From: Octopus vulgaris
Lineage: Eukaryota
Length of the DNA: 64,000 nucleotides
Direction of reading: 5' to 3'
Assembly (NCBI GenBank): GCA_951406725.2
Contig: OX597817.1
Span: 67,518,001 to 67,582,000, forward strand
The position numbers and the translations under genes are program-made. Positions 29,080 through 40,477 of this stretch are shown in pieces. The notes beneath the pieces are model-generated. The model had not been told where the DNA came from. It did no database searches and saw only the letters and a list, made by a program, of their open reading frames with translations. How positions within the stretch are numbered: position 1 is the stretch's first letter; every line of letters starts with the position of its first letter.

Positions 29080-29790
29080 TTGAACCAAAAGTAATGCATA
29101 ATGGACATAGTTGTTTTAGTAACCATTCTTCTATACAGAAATACTCTTCAGTATAGCCTCCATCACAAGTGATGCAATTGTGCCATCGTTGAACCCAGCT
29201 CTTACATATCTGCTTTGAAAAAACGTTCATGTTTGCATTGTTGTACCTACTTGTTTAGAGTCACATTCTCCTTGTTTGTGTCATCAAATTGTTATCCCCA
29301 CAAAGACTTTCATTGGGTTGAACAGGTGGAAGTGTGAGGAAGTCAAATCTTGGATGTTTGGTGAATGGGGTAGACCACTGACCAACCTAAGAGGTGTATG
29401 GTGGATGTAAATCGTTTTCAGAATCTCGTTCAGTTTCTTCCGTTTTAAACCCTTTTGTTACTGTATTTATTTTGAGATGCTCTGTGTTTCTTTCAATTAC
29501 ATTAAATATAACAAAGAATTTAGTAAAATAACTTAGTTATCATTCAGCTAGTGTTAGGAACATAAATTGTGACTAAGGATTGGTGGAAGATTTTAATTCA
29601 AAACTTATGAAAACACGGCATTTGTTCTCAGAGCATTTGTTTCAGCTGGGTTGGTAAGGAGAGGGTTAATGGCTTCTCTAATTAATATTCAGTGTATTGC
29701 AAGCTATTCACAGCACAGTTGAAGGTCCAGAAAAGAAAGAGAATGATGCTCTTATAATTCTCCAAAAACAGTCACCATGAGCTCCAGATC
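29080..29790 (-). pseudogene. Decayed mariner transposase fragment (catalytic/C-terminal part), split by a piggyBac-like MITE
   Basis: Minus-strand pieces LMVTVF..TVNS.., LGWSVVY.HSPNIQDLTSSHFHLFNPMK (the YSPDLAPSDFHLF motif) and VQRWHNCITCDGGYTEE. Confidence 0.7.
29450..29665. mobile_element. piggyBac-like MITE
   Basis: TTAA(a)|CCCTTTTGTTAC...GGTAAGGAGAGGG|TTAA termini; interrupts the mariner fragment. Confidence 0.7.
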
Positions 29791-29809
29791 ATAAATATCA
29801 TTTATCTTA

Positions 29810-30200
29810 TACTTGTTTTAGTCACTAGACTGCAACCATGCTGGGGCACTGCCTTAAAGAATGTCTAATTGAATGAATCGACCCCGGTACTTTTTCTTTT
29901 TAAAGCCTAGTACTTATTATTTTGGTCTCTTTTTTAATAGAGGCATAAATGAACCAACACAAGTTGTCAAACAGTGGTTGGGGGACGGATATAGACACAC
30001 ACACATACATGTACACACTTATGCATAATATATGTATATAGAACAGGCTTTTTTTCAGTTTCTTTTAACCAAATCCACTCTCAAGTCTTTGGTTGGACTG
30101 AGGCTATATAATAGCAAGAGACATTAGTCTAAGGTGCCACTTAGTGAGACTGAACCCAGAACCATGTGGTTGGGAAGTATATTTCTTAATACACAGCCAC
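29810..30200 (-). mobile_element. SINE family 1, CpG-decayed copy
   Basis: Collinear with 3159-3608, with many CG>TG/CA changes. Confidence 0.8.
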
Positions 30201-30769
30201 GTTTAATTTTAATTTTTTTTTTCTGATACTGTTGGGGTAAAAATGTATGAGCAGACCTCTCCTTCATATTGGATATCGATTACTGAGGTATCCACTTGGT
30301 GCATACTTCTGATAGCTGATGTCTACCGTCTTCTGTTTTTGTCAGCATTCACAATTGATGGTTTCTCACGATATATTTTGGTCCCCAAAATATGTGGTTC
30401 CATTTCTCTACACTTCTTCATCCATCTGAGCTTTACTCTTGTTCTGTAGTGTCATCTCCATAAACAACCTGTAGCCAGCCTTCTTTGGATATTGGCTAGC
30501 CTGCACCCATCCTTCATCCTTCTACTTGGAACCCCATTATTGCTATGAACAGGAAAAAAGTTACTGTGGAGGAAGATTTATTCTTCCAACATGTGCCATT
30601 TATACAACTTGTCAATTACTAAAAGAAAGTTATTCCTATTTTTGCATTAATTTTAGCATAACCCTTGTGTGTGAGTGTGTGTGTGTATAATATAAAAATA
30701 TATAAATATATTCATATATGTACATACATACATATATATGTATATATACATGCATATACTAAGAAATAA

Positions 30770-31042
30770 GTATACTCAATTTCATTTTTACCAAATAATT
30801 TACAAAGGAGGGAATGGGTTATTTCCCTTGGAAGCTTAAAATTATTACGCCTGCCGTCAGCCACGTCCAAGCCCTCCCAACGTTTGCCTGAACATTTCTT
30901 CAAAATCAATTTATACTTCAGGCCTCCCCAGACACATAAGCAATGTGCGTGCGAAGTTTAAGAAAAATCAGTCGAGCCATTTTGGGGCAAAATGAGGACA
31001 TACCGATACACACACAAACATTTTCAGTTTTAATATTTAAGA
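30770..31042 (-). mobile_element. Helitron-like 5' fragment
   Basis: Minus strand begins A|TCTTAAATATTAAAACTGAAAATGTTTGTGTGTG..GGCTCGACTGATTTTTCTTAAACTT, a typical Helitron 5'-TC start plus microsatellite; it truncates the mariner 3' end. Confidence 0.5.
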
Positions 31043-32170
31043 TATTTTCCATTTTGTTCAATGACCCTTTGCCATCTTTCTGGCAACTTCATGATTCCGT
31101 GCTCATAAAAATTCTGGTCCTTATCAGCCAAAATCTGAAGCAAGTGCAGTTTCGGGCATCATCATTATTGAAAATTATACCATTCAAAGAATTTTGCAAA
31201 CTTCGAAATAAATGGTAATCTGATGGTGCAAGGTCAGGGCTATATGATGGATGTGACATCACTTCCCAACCAGACTCCAATAGTCTTTCACGAGTTAGCA
31301 AAAATGTTTGTTGTCTAGCATTGCCCTTTACGGTTTGCCAATTCTGGCTATTTTCCTTTGATTGCTTCTTCCAGTTTCATTAGTTATTGACAGTAAACAT
31401 CTGAATTGATCATTTGGTTCTTTTGAATCCCACCACATTGACAGCATGATGCAATTCTGCTTTTCATTGGTTTGTGCTGGTTCATTACACTTGGACCATG
31501 ATTGTTTTTGATTGAGACAATCCATTTTCCATTACCAGTGATGATTCGTTTCCAAAAAAGGTTAATTTCACTGCTTTCAAGATGCATATCACAAATATTG
31601 ATTTGTTGTGTTAAGTGAATCTCTATCATTTTCTTTGGAACCTGAATATCAAGCTTCTTAACAAGTCCAAGACATTTTAAGTGATTTTCAATTGTTGTGT
31701 GTGATACATTTAACCTCTCTGCAATCTCTTGCACAGTTATATGACAATCAGATTCAATTATAGATTTGATTTGGTCATCATCAACTTCAGTAGGTCGACC
31801 AGAACGTTGGGTCATCTTTGAGTGAAAAATCTCCAGAATGGAATTTTTTAAACCATTTCTGACATGTGCATTCTGTTAAGCAATCAGCACCATAAACTTC
31901 ACATATCTCCTTCTGAGCTTAGCAACTTTCTTGCCTTTACAGAAATAAAAAAAGCAAAATATGGCGAAAAATGTTCCTTTTTGCTCTCCATAATAAAATT
32001 GACACTGAACTAACAGCTGTAAACAAAATTATGTACAATTTGTTTCTAAAGTAAGCTAAAAGTAGGGGCTATCAAATGTCAAAATGAAAAAATCATAACA
32101 TTGACAAAAGTCATTAAAAAAAATCAACTCTATTTGTGAAAAAGGAAATTACTTTCTTGCCAACCCAATA
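31043..32170 (-). mobile_element. Mariner transposon, nearly full-length decayed transposase with 5' TIR
   Basis: ATG at 31991: MESKKEH.RHIL..EICEVYG..KWFKKF..RSGRPTEVDDDQIK..HPSYSPDLAPSDYHLFRSLQNSL..GIMKLPERWQRVIEQNG; TIR ATTGGGTTGGCAAGAAAGTAATTTCC at ~32144-32170; many frameshifts. Confidence 0.95.
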
Positions 32171-32214
32171 TATTTATAATATATGTACATAGATATATAC
32201 CTAAAGGGTACATA

Positions 32215-32252
<38 letters not shown>

Positions 32253-32255
<3 letters not shown>

Positions 32256-32379
32256 GGCATCCAGTTGTAGAAACTGCTAGAATCAGATTGGAGCCTGGTG
32301 CAGCCATCTGGTTCCCCAGTCCTCAGTCAAATCATCCAACCCATGCTAGCATGGAAAACAGACATTAAACGATGATGAT

Positions 32380-32380
<1 letters not shown>
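32253..32380 (+). mobile_element. SINE/LINE 3' fragment, family 4, (ATG)n tail
   Basis: AAGGGCATCCAGTTGTAGAAAC..CCAACCCATGCTAGCATGGAAA..TTAAACGATGATGATG; homologous to 56902-57165 (-). Confidence 0.75.
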
Positions 32381-32433
<53 letters not shown>

Positions 32434-32579
32434 TACATACGAAAACTTGCTGCATGTCATGAATAAATGGGTTTACAATTAGGCATCTGGTAGTAAAATA
32501 CTGCTTCAGAATATCTGTCTAACCCATGCCTACATGACATTAAAGTACACATTATTAATGATGATGATGGTGATATATG

Positions 32580-32631
<52 letters not shown>

Positions 32632-34069
32632 CACGTATGCATAATTGTGTGTGTCAATATTTTTTCTACCTGTCTTGAAACACTTGAAAAGAAGCTGGTG
32701 ACATTATTAATGTTCTCCAATAAGCATAAGTACCATAGTTCCTGTGGGTTCATCAGTTTTGATCTGTCATCCCCCAGACAAATGACAATACCTTCTTTAC
32801 TTGAAAAATAACTCTACTGAACAAAAAGCTATTCCCTATTTACATAAATATATGTGTGTATATGTGTATATATTTGATGATCAAGAAGATGTGTATATGC
32901 TTGTGTGGGTACATACATACACTTCTATATGTAAAATAGGGAATACTTTTTCTTGCAGAAATGATGTGTTAGAGACACAACCATATTTCCATTTAATCTT
33001 TTATCTGAAAGGTCTTCCATAAGTCCTTGCTAATCCTTTCTGTTTAGTTTAGGACAAACAGTATTCCTAAGACTGTTAATGTTTGTGGAGACTGTCAGCC
33101 TTATCATCAGAATGGAACAATTATTAAGAGTGTATTGCTTCCCTGCTGTGAACCAAACCACAAAGGATCAGCAGAAATATGTTATAACTGAAAAAAACAA
33201 CATCTCTGCTGGATTTTAATGTATTTAACACTTAAACTCCTGATAACTTTCATGGTTAATTTCGTACAATACCTGTCATGTCGCTTTTACTTTATCTTAT
33301 ACTCCTGATAAAGCTTCGATAGTTATTATCTTTCTTTTGTAGAATTTTACAAAGCATGGTGTAAAGCTTTTCTCTTAAATTCTTTTATATTGTACTGCAT
33401 TAAAATATGCTATAATTGCTCCTTATTTTAAATACATAGGTAACTAAAGAGACAGTTTTCATCGTGTGATCAGTGTTACAGTTTAAGTTATGAAGTTTGC
33501 AACTTATGTATGCACTGAAAATAGTATATTACATTCACTGAGTGATGTACATTTTGTGGTTTGCAAATTTGTGGCTATATTTTTTCATACACACACATGC
33601 ACATGTATACACAAGAAAATAAGTTTTTTCACTCTACTTAAGAGTATGATAAAATGAAGTTGAAGATAAGTCAAAAATTACGTTAAAAAAATACACGAGT
33701 TTCTTATATATGGATAGTATTATAATTCCTTAAAAATGCTTTTTTTCCAAATTTTAAACCCCCAAAATTAGGGGGTTCCTTATACATGTTAAAATTTGGT
33801 ACTTGGAGTTTTTAAAGAGATTTATTTGCATTCACAATTTCCTAGTTCTCAAAAATATTGTAGGATCACGGGGCATATGAGCTACATTGTAAGCGCCTAA
33901 AACAAGGGCTATGCACTAATCCTTGTGGCTTAGGAGAATACACACTCTCACTCACACACGCAGTACATGTTCAACTTGAGCATGTGTCTTCTACTATAGC
34001 CAGAAGCCAGCCAAATCTTTATGAGTTGATTTGATAATTAAGGTGATGAAACTGAAAGAAGCTAATATA

Positions 34070-34200
34070 CAGGGTGTCCCCAAAAAATGTATACACACCT
34101 TAAATAATTGTAAATTTGTTATTCTTTGTAAGCCTAGTACTTATTCTATCGTTCTCTTTTGCCGAACCACTATGTGTATACATTTTTTGGGGACACCCTG
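34070..34200. mobile_element. Tc1/mariner-type MITE with a SINE fragment inside
   Basis: TA|CAGGGTGTCCCCAAAAAATGTATACACA ... TGTGTATACATTTTTTGGGGACACCCTG|TA, perfect TIRs. Confidence 0.9.
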
Positions 34201-34499
34201 TATATATAATCTTGATTTAAAGTCTGTGTTCCATGCTAGAATGGATTAGAGGGTTTGATAGAATCCATTCAGTTCAGGGCTGCATCATATTCCAATGACT
34301 GCTTTGGCATGGGTTCTATGGCTGGATACCCCTCTTTAGGAAGGGCATCAGCATGTACTGGGTGCATTTTTCATACCACCAACTTGCAAGACAATAAACC
34401 CAAAATGGGTGTCTTTATGTTAGAAGAGGAGGGGTTAAAAGTACAAGATCAGAGCAGAACAGGTTTCTTGGCGTGGAGGAGCTACATGACTACTCACAT

Positions 34500-35410
34500 T
34501 CTAGAAGAAAGGGTGGAAGTAATTGGGTGGAGCTAAAAATTGATAAAAATAGTGGTTGGGTATCTGGGTGGACTAAAGTCAGTGGGATAGAGAAATCAAA
34601 AGTGTAGGGGAAGTGAGAGATAGGGAGAGAGTCAGGTGAGGGGAGGCCAGTGACAACTGTAAAGATTGGATAGGGTTGAAGGGTGAATGTAGAGAATGGC
34701 AGATAAGGGGTAGGGGATAACCAGTGATATATAAGTAGGAGATAACTGACAGTGCAGAAAAATTTGGTGGGGAACAGGAGAATAGTGATAGAGTAGATAG
34801 TATACAAGAGAGAGAAAGATGTGTTTGATAGGTTGCAAAAGTGTAGTGAGAGATGTATGATGATGGAGGAGGAGAGATAATTTGGTAACTCATTGGTTAG
34901 GGCTGTATGTGTGATCAGTATTAAGTGTGGTTGGGGAGAATAGTATTAATGATGAAAGATGGATAAGGAGGAAAATGTGTTCAGTTGTAGGTATCAAGGA
35001 AGAGCTGGAGTTGGTGAGGTGATAGGGATGTCTTGAGGAGGTAATATATTATCGGTAGCCCACTCTAAAACATTAGAGCAGTAATATAATTAGGAAGTTG
35101 ATTGTTGTAGCCAATTAGTGATTGACCATTTGTTTTGCACCTATAAAGCACTTAACTGTATAAGCAACTTATCATACTCAGATGGCTGGAGGTGCATAAC
35201 CTCTCTACAACTGGAGGGAGGAAAACACCTCCAGTTGCAGAGAGGTTATGTGCCTCCAGCTATTTGAGTCTGACAAGTCACCTATAAATCTAAGTGCTTA
35301 TAGGTGCGAAACCAATAGTCACTCTCTGACTGGCCATAACAATCAACCTTTGAGTCTGACAAGTCACCTATAAGCGCTTTATAGGTGCAAAATCAATAGT
35401 CACTCCTAAA
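34500..35410. mobile_element. Penelope-like terminal repeat structure with inverted and tandem hammerhead copies
   Basis: Purine-rich (+) body 34500-35050, palindrome ~35095-35348 centred on CTGGAG..CTCCAG, then a tandem partial repeat at 35350-35405. Confidence 0.65.
35266..35324 (+). ncRNA. Type I hammerhead motif, CpG-decayed
   Basis: GAGT-CTGACAA-G tCACCTATA..TATAGGTG C-GAAA-CCAATAG-TC^-ACTC; further copies at 35352-35405 (+) and 35120-35179 (-). Confidence 0.7.
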
Positions 35411-35419
35411 TACACACAC

Positions 35420-35960
35420 ATGATACTTCCAGAACCCAGTTTTGTCAAGGTATCTTCATCCATATGTACCCACATGTCCATATGCTATGTCTTTTATACT
35501 CTTCTTCTCCCAGCACATTTGTACTATATCAATCTTGCACATCTAATAGAGCATGCTTGCTTCATATCTTTCCAGTTTTCTCAAGTCTTCACTATCATGC
35601 AGCATTGCAGATTTAACACAAGTGTCATGCAATCTTTCTTTCACTCTGACCTTTGTTGCCAGCAGTGGTGGTGATAGTGGTGGTTCTCTGAACTTTCTCC
35701 AACCTGTTCTTACTCTGGCTGCTATACTTTCAAAGCAACCACATCTCTTGCTAATTTTATCTTCTAGATAGCAAAAGCTATCAACAACTTCAAGTGGTAT
35801 AGTTTGAATATTTAAGAAAATCTGTTTCCAGTGTGCTCCTAGCATGCACTGCTTCAATGCATCTGTTACACATGAGGTTTATGTTTGCTGCTAGTCTGCC
35901 TGCAATTCCAATGCAGCACACTTGTGCATCCATTGTTTACACTGAGAACAGCATATGCCT
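35420..35960 (-). mobile_element. RTE-clade LINE remnant (end of RT and C-terminal region)
   Basis: ORF 35543-35857: LEVVDSFCYLEDKIS..GCFESIAARVRTGWRKFRE..PLL..RVKERLHDTCVKSAMLHDSE..LERYEASML. Confidence 0.85.
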
Positions 35961-36341
35961 TTTCTGCATATTGAGCAAGTTCATTTCCCTAAAATGCTTG
36001 CCTCTCCCAGAAAGGAACAAAAGTCGGGAGTTGTTTTCAGTGGGATTTGAACTTGGAATGTGAAGAACTGGAAAATACATGTGTAGTAATAAAAGCTTTA
36101 TATGTAAACATGTAATATTTTTTTTATGTATGCATAACTGTGGATCTGTTGCATATATTTGTGCATTTGCATAGTTTACATTTACATATACGAGCATCTA
36201 TAAATTCACATGTGACCACGTGAATCAGGTCGTACACACAAACACACATGCACAATACATGCATCTTTGTGTGTATATATTCATGATGTACAATATATTC
36301 TTATACACAAGTATATGTGTAGCTTTATGTGTTCTCATTGA

Positions 36342-36555
36342 AGGTGGCGAGCTGGCAGAATTGTTAGCGCACCGGACTGTTGTGCAGTATTTCGTCTTCC
36401 GTTATACGTTCATAGTTCAAATTCTGCTGAGGTCAACTTTGTCTTTCATCCTTTCAGGGTTGATTAAATAAGTACCATTTATGCACTGGGGTCGATGTAA
36501 TTGACTTAATCCCTTTGTCCTTGTTTGTTCCCTCTATGTGAGCAATAAAGAAATA
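36342..36555 (+). mobile_element. SINE family 2 copy
   Basis: GGTGGCGAGCTGGCAGAA head, CTTTCATCCTTTCAGGG core, tail ..GCAATAAAGAAATA; possible TSD TGTTCTCATTGAA at ~36329-36341 and ~36562-36574. Confidence 0.85.
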
Positions 36556-36882
36556 TTTAAGTGTTCTCATTGAAAAATTACTTAATCTTTTAGAGTTTTA
36601 AAATATCAACCAATCTAGGCATTCTTTTGTTTTGCCATTTAATTAGTTTCTTTGTGCCAAACTACTGATTAATTCAAATGCCTTAACTTTGTGTCTTTGT
36701 AACTTCCAGAAGTTCATCTTCAATGGAATCTTGGAAAGACTTTCTTTTAAGTCTGTAATTACTTATGTTTTATATTTATGTGTTTGTTTATTGAAGTTTT
36801 TGCTTATATATACATATACATACACATACACACATGTATAATGCCTACAGATATTTTCTAATACATGCGTACATATAAGTGC

Positions 36883-37210
36883 AGGCATGTCTGTTTGGTA
36901 AGAAGTTTGGTTCCCACCCACATGGCTCTGGGTTCAGTCCCACTGTGTGATGCCTTGGGTAAATGTCTTCTACTATAGCATTGGGCTGACCAAAGATTTG
37001 TTAGTGGATTTGGTAGATGGAAAGTGAAAGACGTCTGTCATATATATGTGTGTGTGTGTATGACTTTGTGCCTGTTTGTTCCCCCCCCCCCCCATTCCAT
37101 CATCACCACCACTTCACAATAAGTACTGTGGTTGATTTGTTTGACTAAAATTCTTCAAAGTAGTACCCCAGCATGGCTGCAGTCTAGTGACTGAAACAAG
37201 TAAAAGATAA
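36883..37210 (+). mobile_element. SINE family 1, decayed copy
   Basis: Head GGTTCAGTCCCACTG, tail GACTGAAACAAGTAAAAGATAAA. Confidence 0.8.
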
Positions 37211-37213
37211 ATA

Positions 37214-37267
<54 letters not shown>

Positions 37268-37436
37268 TATATACATATCTATCAGCATAGCTGAATGGTT
37301 AAGAAAGTACCCTTGCAACCACAATGTCCTGATTCAATCCCACTTTGGAAGAAATTGACATTTTGATAGACTTCTTTGAACACTTACATTTCTGTATAAA
37401 CAATTATGCATGTTAGTGTGTGTTTATGTATATATA

Positions 37437-37577
37437 TAAGGTTGTCCCAAAAGTTCGTAGAAAGTCTTGGAAAATAATGGTCTTTATTTTGAGGAATAAT
37501 TTTTGTTGTTTTTGTTAGTACTTGGCGAGTAAAAATTCAATTTTCGCAAGTGTTTACGAACTTTTGGGACAACCTAA
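37437..37577. mobile_element. Mariner-type MITE (duplicated at ~38496-38637)
   Basis: TIRs AGGTTGTCCCAAAAGTTCGTA / TACGAACTTTTGGGACAACCT, TA-flanked. Confidence 0.85.
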
Positions 37578-37626
37578 TAAATGATGATATATATACTATG
37601 TAGCAGGACACAAAGGTTCTGTGTGC

Positions 37627-37664
<38 letters not shown>

Positions 37665-37980
37665 ATATATAAATATATGCACAGTCATATACAGGCGCAG
37701 GAGTGGCTGTGTGCACCTTGGATAAATGTCATCTTCTAATGTCAGATCAACCTATATCCTAGACGGATTGTGCACATGTTGCTCAAACACAGCCATTTCA
37801 CACACTGTTGTGTCGATTCTGCTTGAGAATTGCATGAAGGCTACCCATGTCTGTGGAGTATGAAGGTCACTTAATTGCTAATTCAAAGAGCAGGTAATTC
37901 AGTTGATGGAACAATTTCATTTCTCATTGTTGGAACTGACAACAGAATCCTGCATATATGCAGTGTATAGATATGTATTT

Positions 37981-38388
37981 ACTCTTTTTCTCCTTTACTT
38001 GTTTTCAGTCATTTGACTGCGGCCATGCTGGAGCACCGCCTTTAATCGAGCAACTCGACCCCGGGACTTATTCTTTGTAAGCCCAGTACTTATTCTATCG
38101 GTCTCTTTTTTGCCAAACCGCTAAGTGACGGGGACGTAAACACACAAGCATCGGTTGTCAAGCGATGCTAGGGGGACAAATACAGACACACAAACACACA
38201 CATATATATATATACACATATATACGACAGGCTTCTTTCAGTTTCCGTCTACCAAATCCACTCACAAGGCATTGGTCGGCCCGGGGCTATAGCAGAAGAC
38301 ACTTGCCCAAGATGCCACGCAGTGGGACTGAACCCGGAACCATGTGGTTGGTTAGCAAGCTACTTACCACACAGCCACTCCTGCGCCT
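37981..38388 (-). mobile_element. SINE family 1, full-length young copy
   Basis: Nearly identical to 3159-3608; keeps its CpGs inside a CpG-poor domain. Confidence 0.92.
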
Positions 38389-39997
38389 GTATATGACTGT
38401 GCATATATTTATATATTATATAATATATATATATATATATATACATGCACACAGAACCTTTGTGTCCTGCTACATAGTATATATATCATCATTTATTAGG
38501 TTGTCCCAAAAGTTCGTAAACACTTGCGAAAATTGAATTTTTACTCGCCAAGTACTAACAAAAACAACAAAAATTATTCCTCAAAATAAAGACCATTATT
38601 TTCCAAGACTTTCTACGAACTTTTGGGACAACCTTATATATATACATAAACACACACTAACATGCATAATTGTTTATACAGAAATGTAAGTGTTCAAAGA
38701 AGTCTATCAAAATGTCAATTTCTTCCAAAGTTTTATTTTTTTCTCTATTTCTGATGCTTTGTATGAGATTCCAGTTATGGTTTTTAAATTGTTTTGTTTT
38801 TTTAAAATTATTCAACATTCAAAGAATTGTGATATATCAATTAATGTCTCATTTATAAGCTTTATATTGTATTAATGAATTAACAAAGAGAAGCATTGTG
38901 ACAACAACACTGTTCCTGTCACACCAAATTTTTCAATGAATTCTTAATATTTCTCATTGGTGGTTTGGCAGACTTAGTGGATATTTGGTCAAAATCTCAT
39001 ATATATTTTGCATCTCTTAAAATTCTGTCTTAGCTTCATCATTTATTCCTCCAGAGGTCTTTCATTATGATAAATTACCAGTTTATATATTGATAGCAGA
39101 AATATTTCTCATCAGCCTTCATTCTGTACTTGAATGATGTTGTGATGTTGAATGTGAACAGTCACTTAGTTTTACATCTAAGCTTGAATAAACTTTGGTT
39201 TCTCTCACTCTCTTCTAATTGAAAGTTCTGTACTGTTTCATTTAGTGAAAGTAGAACTGTTTAACTGCAGTGTCTTTAAATGTGAAACCTGACTTAACTT
39301 AATAGAATGAACTAATAAAGCTTTTCTTGATAACTTTATAGCCTTTAAGCCAATGGAATCTGTCTTGATGACTTGATAACTCTGAGCCAATGAAATACAT
39401 TTTGACAACTTTTTAGTCTCTGAGCCAATGAAGAAGAGAGTAGTTGGACATGCTGAAAATAGCAGCGAAATCACTTTCAAATCATACTATTTTAAGAAAA
39501 TACACCTTGAGACTCTAGTCAAAATAAAATCTTTGCTGTTTTTGAACCCAATACAGACTCATTCTTTAAACATGATTGTTCAGCTTTAAATCACATTCTT
39601 TTGTCTTATGAAGAAATAGTCATTAAACAACGTAGTCCCAGATATATACAAAAGAAGATAGGATGACCATTGGTGGAGCCACCTTTGTTCCAAAACAGCA
39701 AAAGCTTTCTAGTTTCCAGGTCATTTAGGAAGTCACTTTGTGGTTGATCAACTTTCTGGAAACAACTGCCAAATCTTTTTCTGCTGTCTTTAAAATGGAA
39801 GGACATAGATAATGTCCTTCCATTAGGACATTATATTTTCAGTCATTGTCTAACTAGGAGTATGTCAGATGTAAAAGGTCTGGGCACATCAAACTGCCTT
39901 AAACCTGACTTGTAGCTAAACAGCTACATCTTTCCAGTCTTTCCTCCTTGAACTTGCTGCCTTTGTGCCAAAATTTGAAATCATCGTCATCATCATC

Positions 39998-40428
39998 ATT
40001 ATTATTATTTTATGTTTGACTTTTGCTTTACATTTGTACAACTTGGCTACAAGTCTCACCCAGAGACCTCAAGAGACAACAAGTTGGAAGTTCATGTTGG
40101 TGTTATGCCTAGGGTGCCATATATTTGGTGTTGTTGTAGAGAATGTTTAAGAAACCATAAGAAAATTATGTTTGTTTTAAAACTTGAGATTACATAGAAA
40201 GTATTTTGCGTAGGATATGAGCAGTTCCCATGAGCACTATCTTTTGAATTTCTGCCATTTTGGAGTTTCCTGGTATCTGAGCTAGGTAGCAATCAGCCCC
40301 CTTTTGCTATCCTTCCCAGGGCACCTATGACAACAGATATTGTTTTAGTCTTCAGGTTCCACATTTTGCTAATTTCTATTTCAAGATCTTTATATTTGCT
40401 CAGTTTTTGATAGGTCTTGACAGATACG

Positions 40429-40430
<2 letters not shown>
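39998..40430 (-). mobile_element. 5'-truncated RLE-type non-LTR retrotransposon (R4/Dong-like) in (TAA)n
   Basis: Minus strand reads VSVKTYQKLSKYKDLEIEISKMWNLKTKTISVVIGALG..IQKIVLMGTAHILRKIL (restriction-like endonuclease C-terminus); (TAA)n at both ends. Confidence 0.88.

Positions 40431-40477
<47 letters not shown>

Larger units (their letters stand above)
37342..38731. repeat. ~370-bp near-perfect inverted duplication (37342-37713 vs 38368-38731)
   Basis: By eye the arms are reverse complements and differ only in (TA)n length; spacer ~650 bp. Confidence 0.95.

Noticed and set aside
33052-33190. Cys-rich reading frame after an AG (TNSIPKTVNVCGDCQPYHQ..CCEP..CYN*)
   Set aside because: Short, weak acceptor, no clear donor and no recognisable family; cannot be supported.
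38880-39970. Possible minus-strand transposase or exon region (ORFs 39238-39480, 39606-39806)
   Set aside because: No diagnostic motif; contains a SINE tail (39940-39980) and the ancient GCTGCTATTT motif, so it looks like a mosaic of old repeats.
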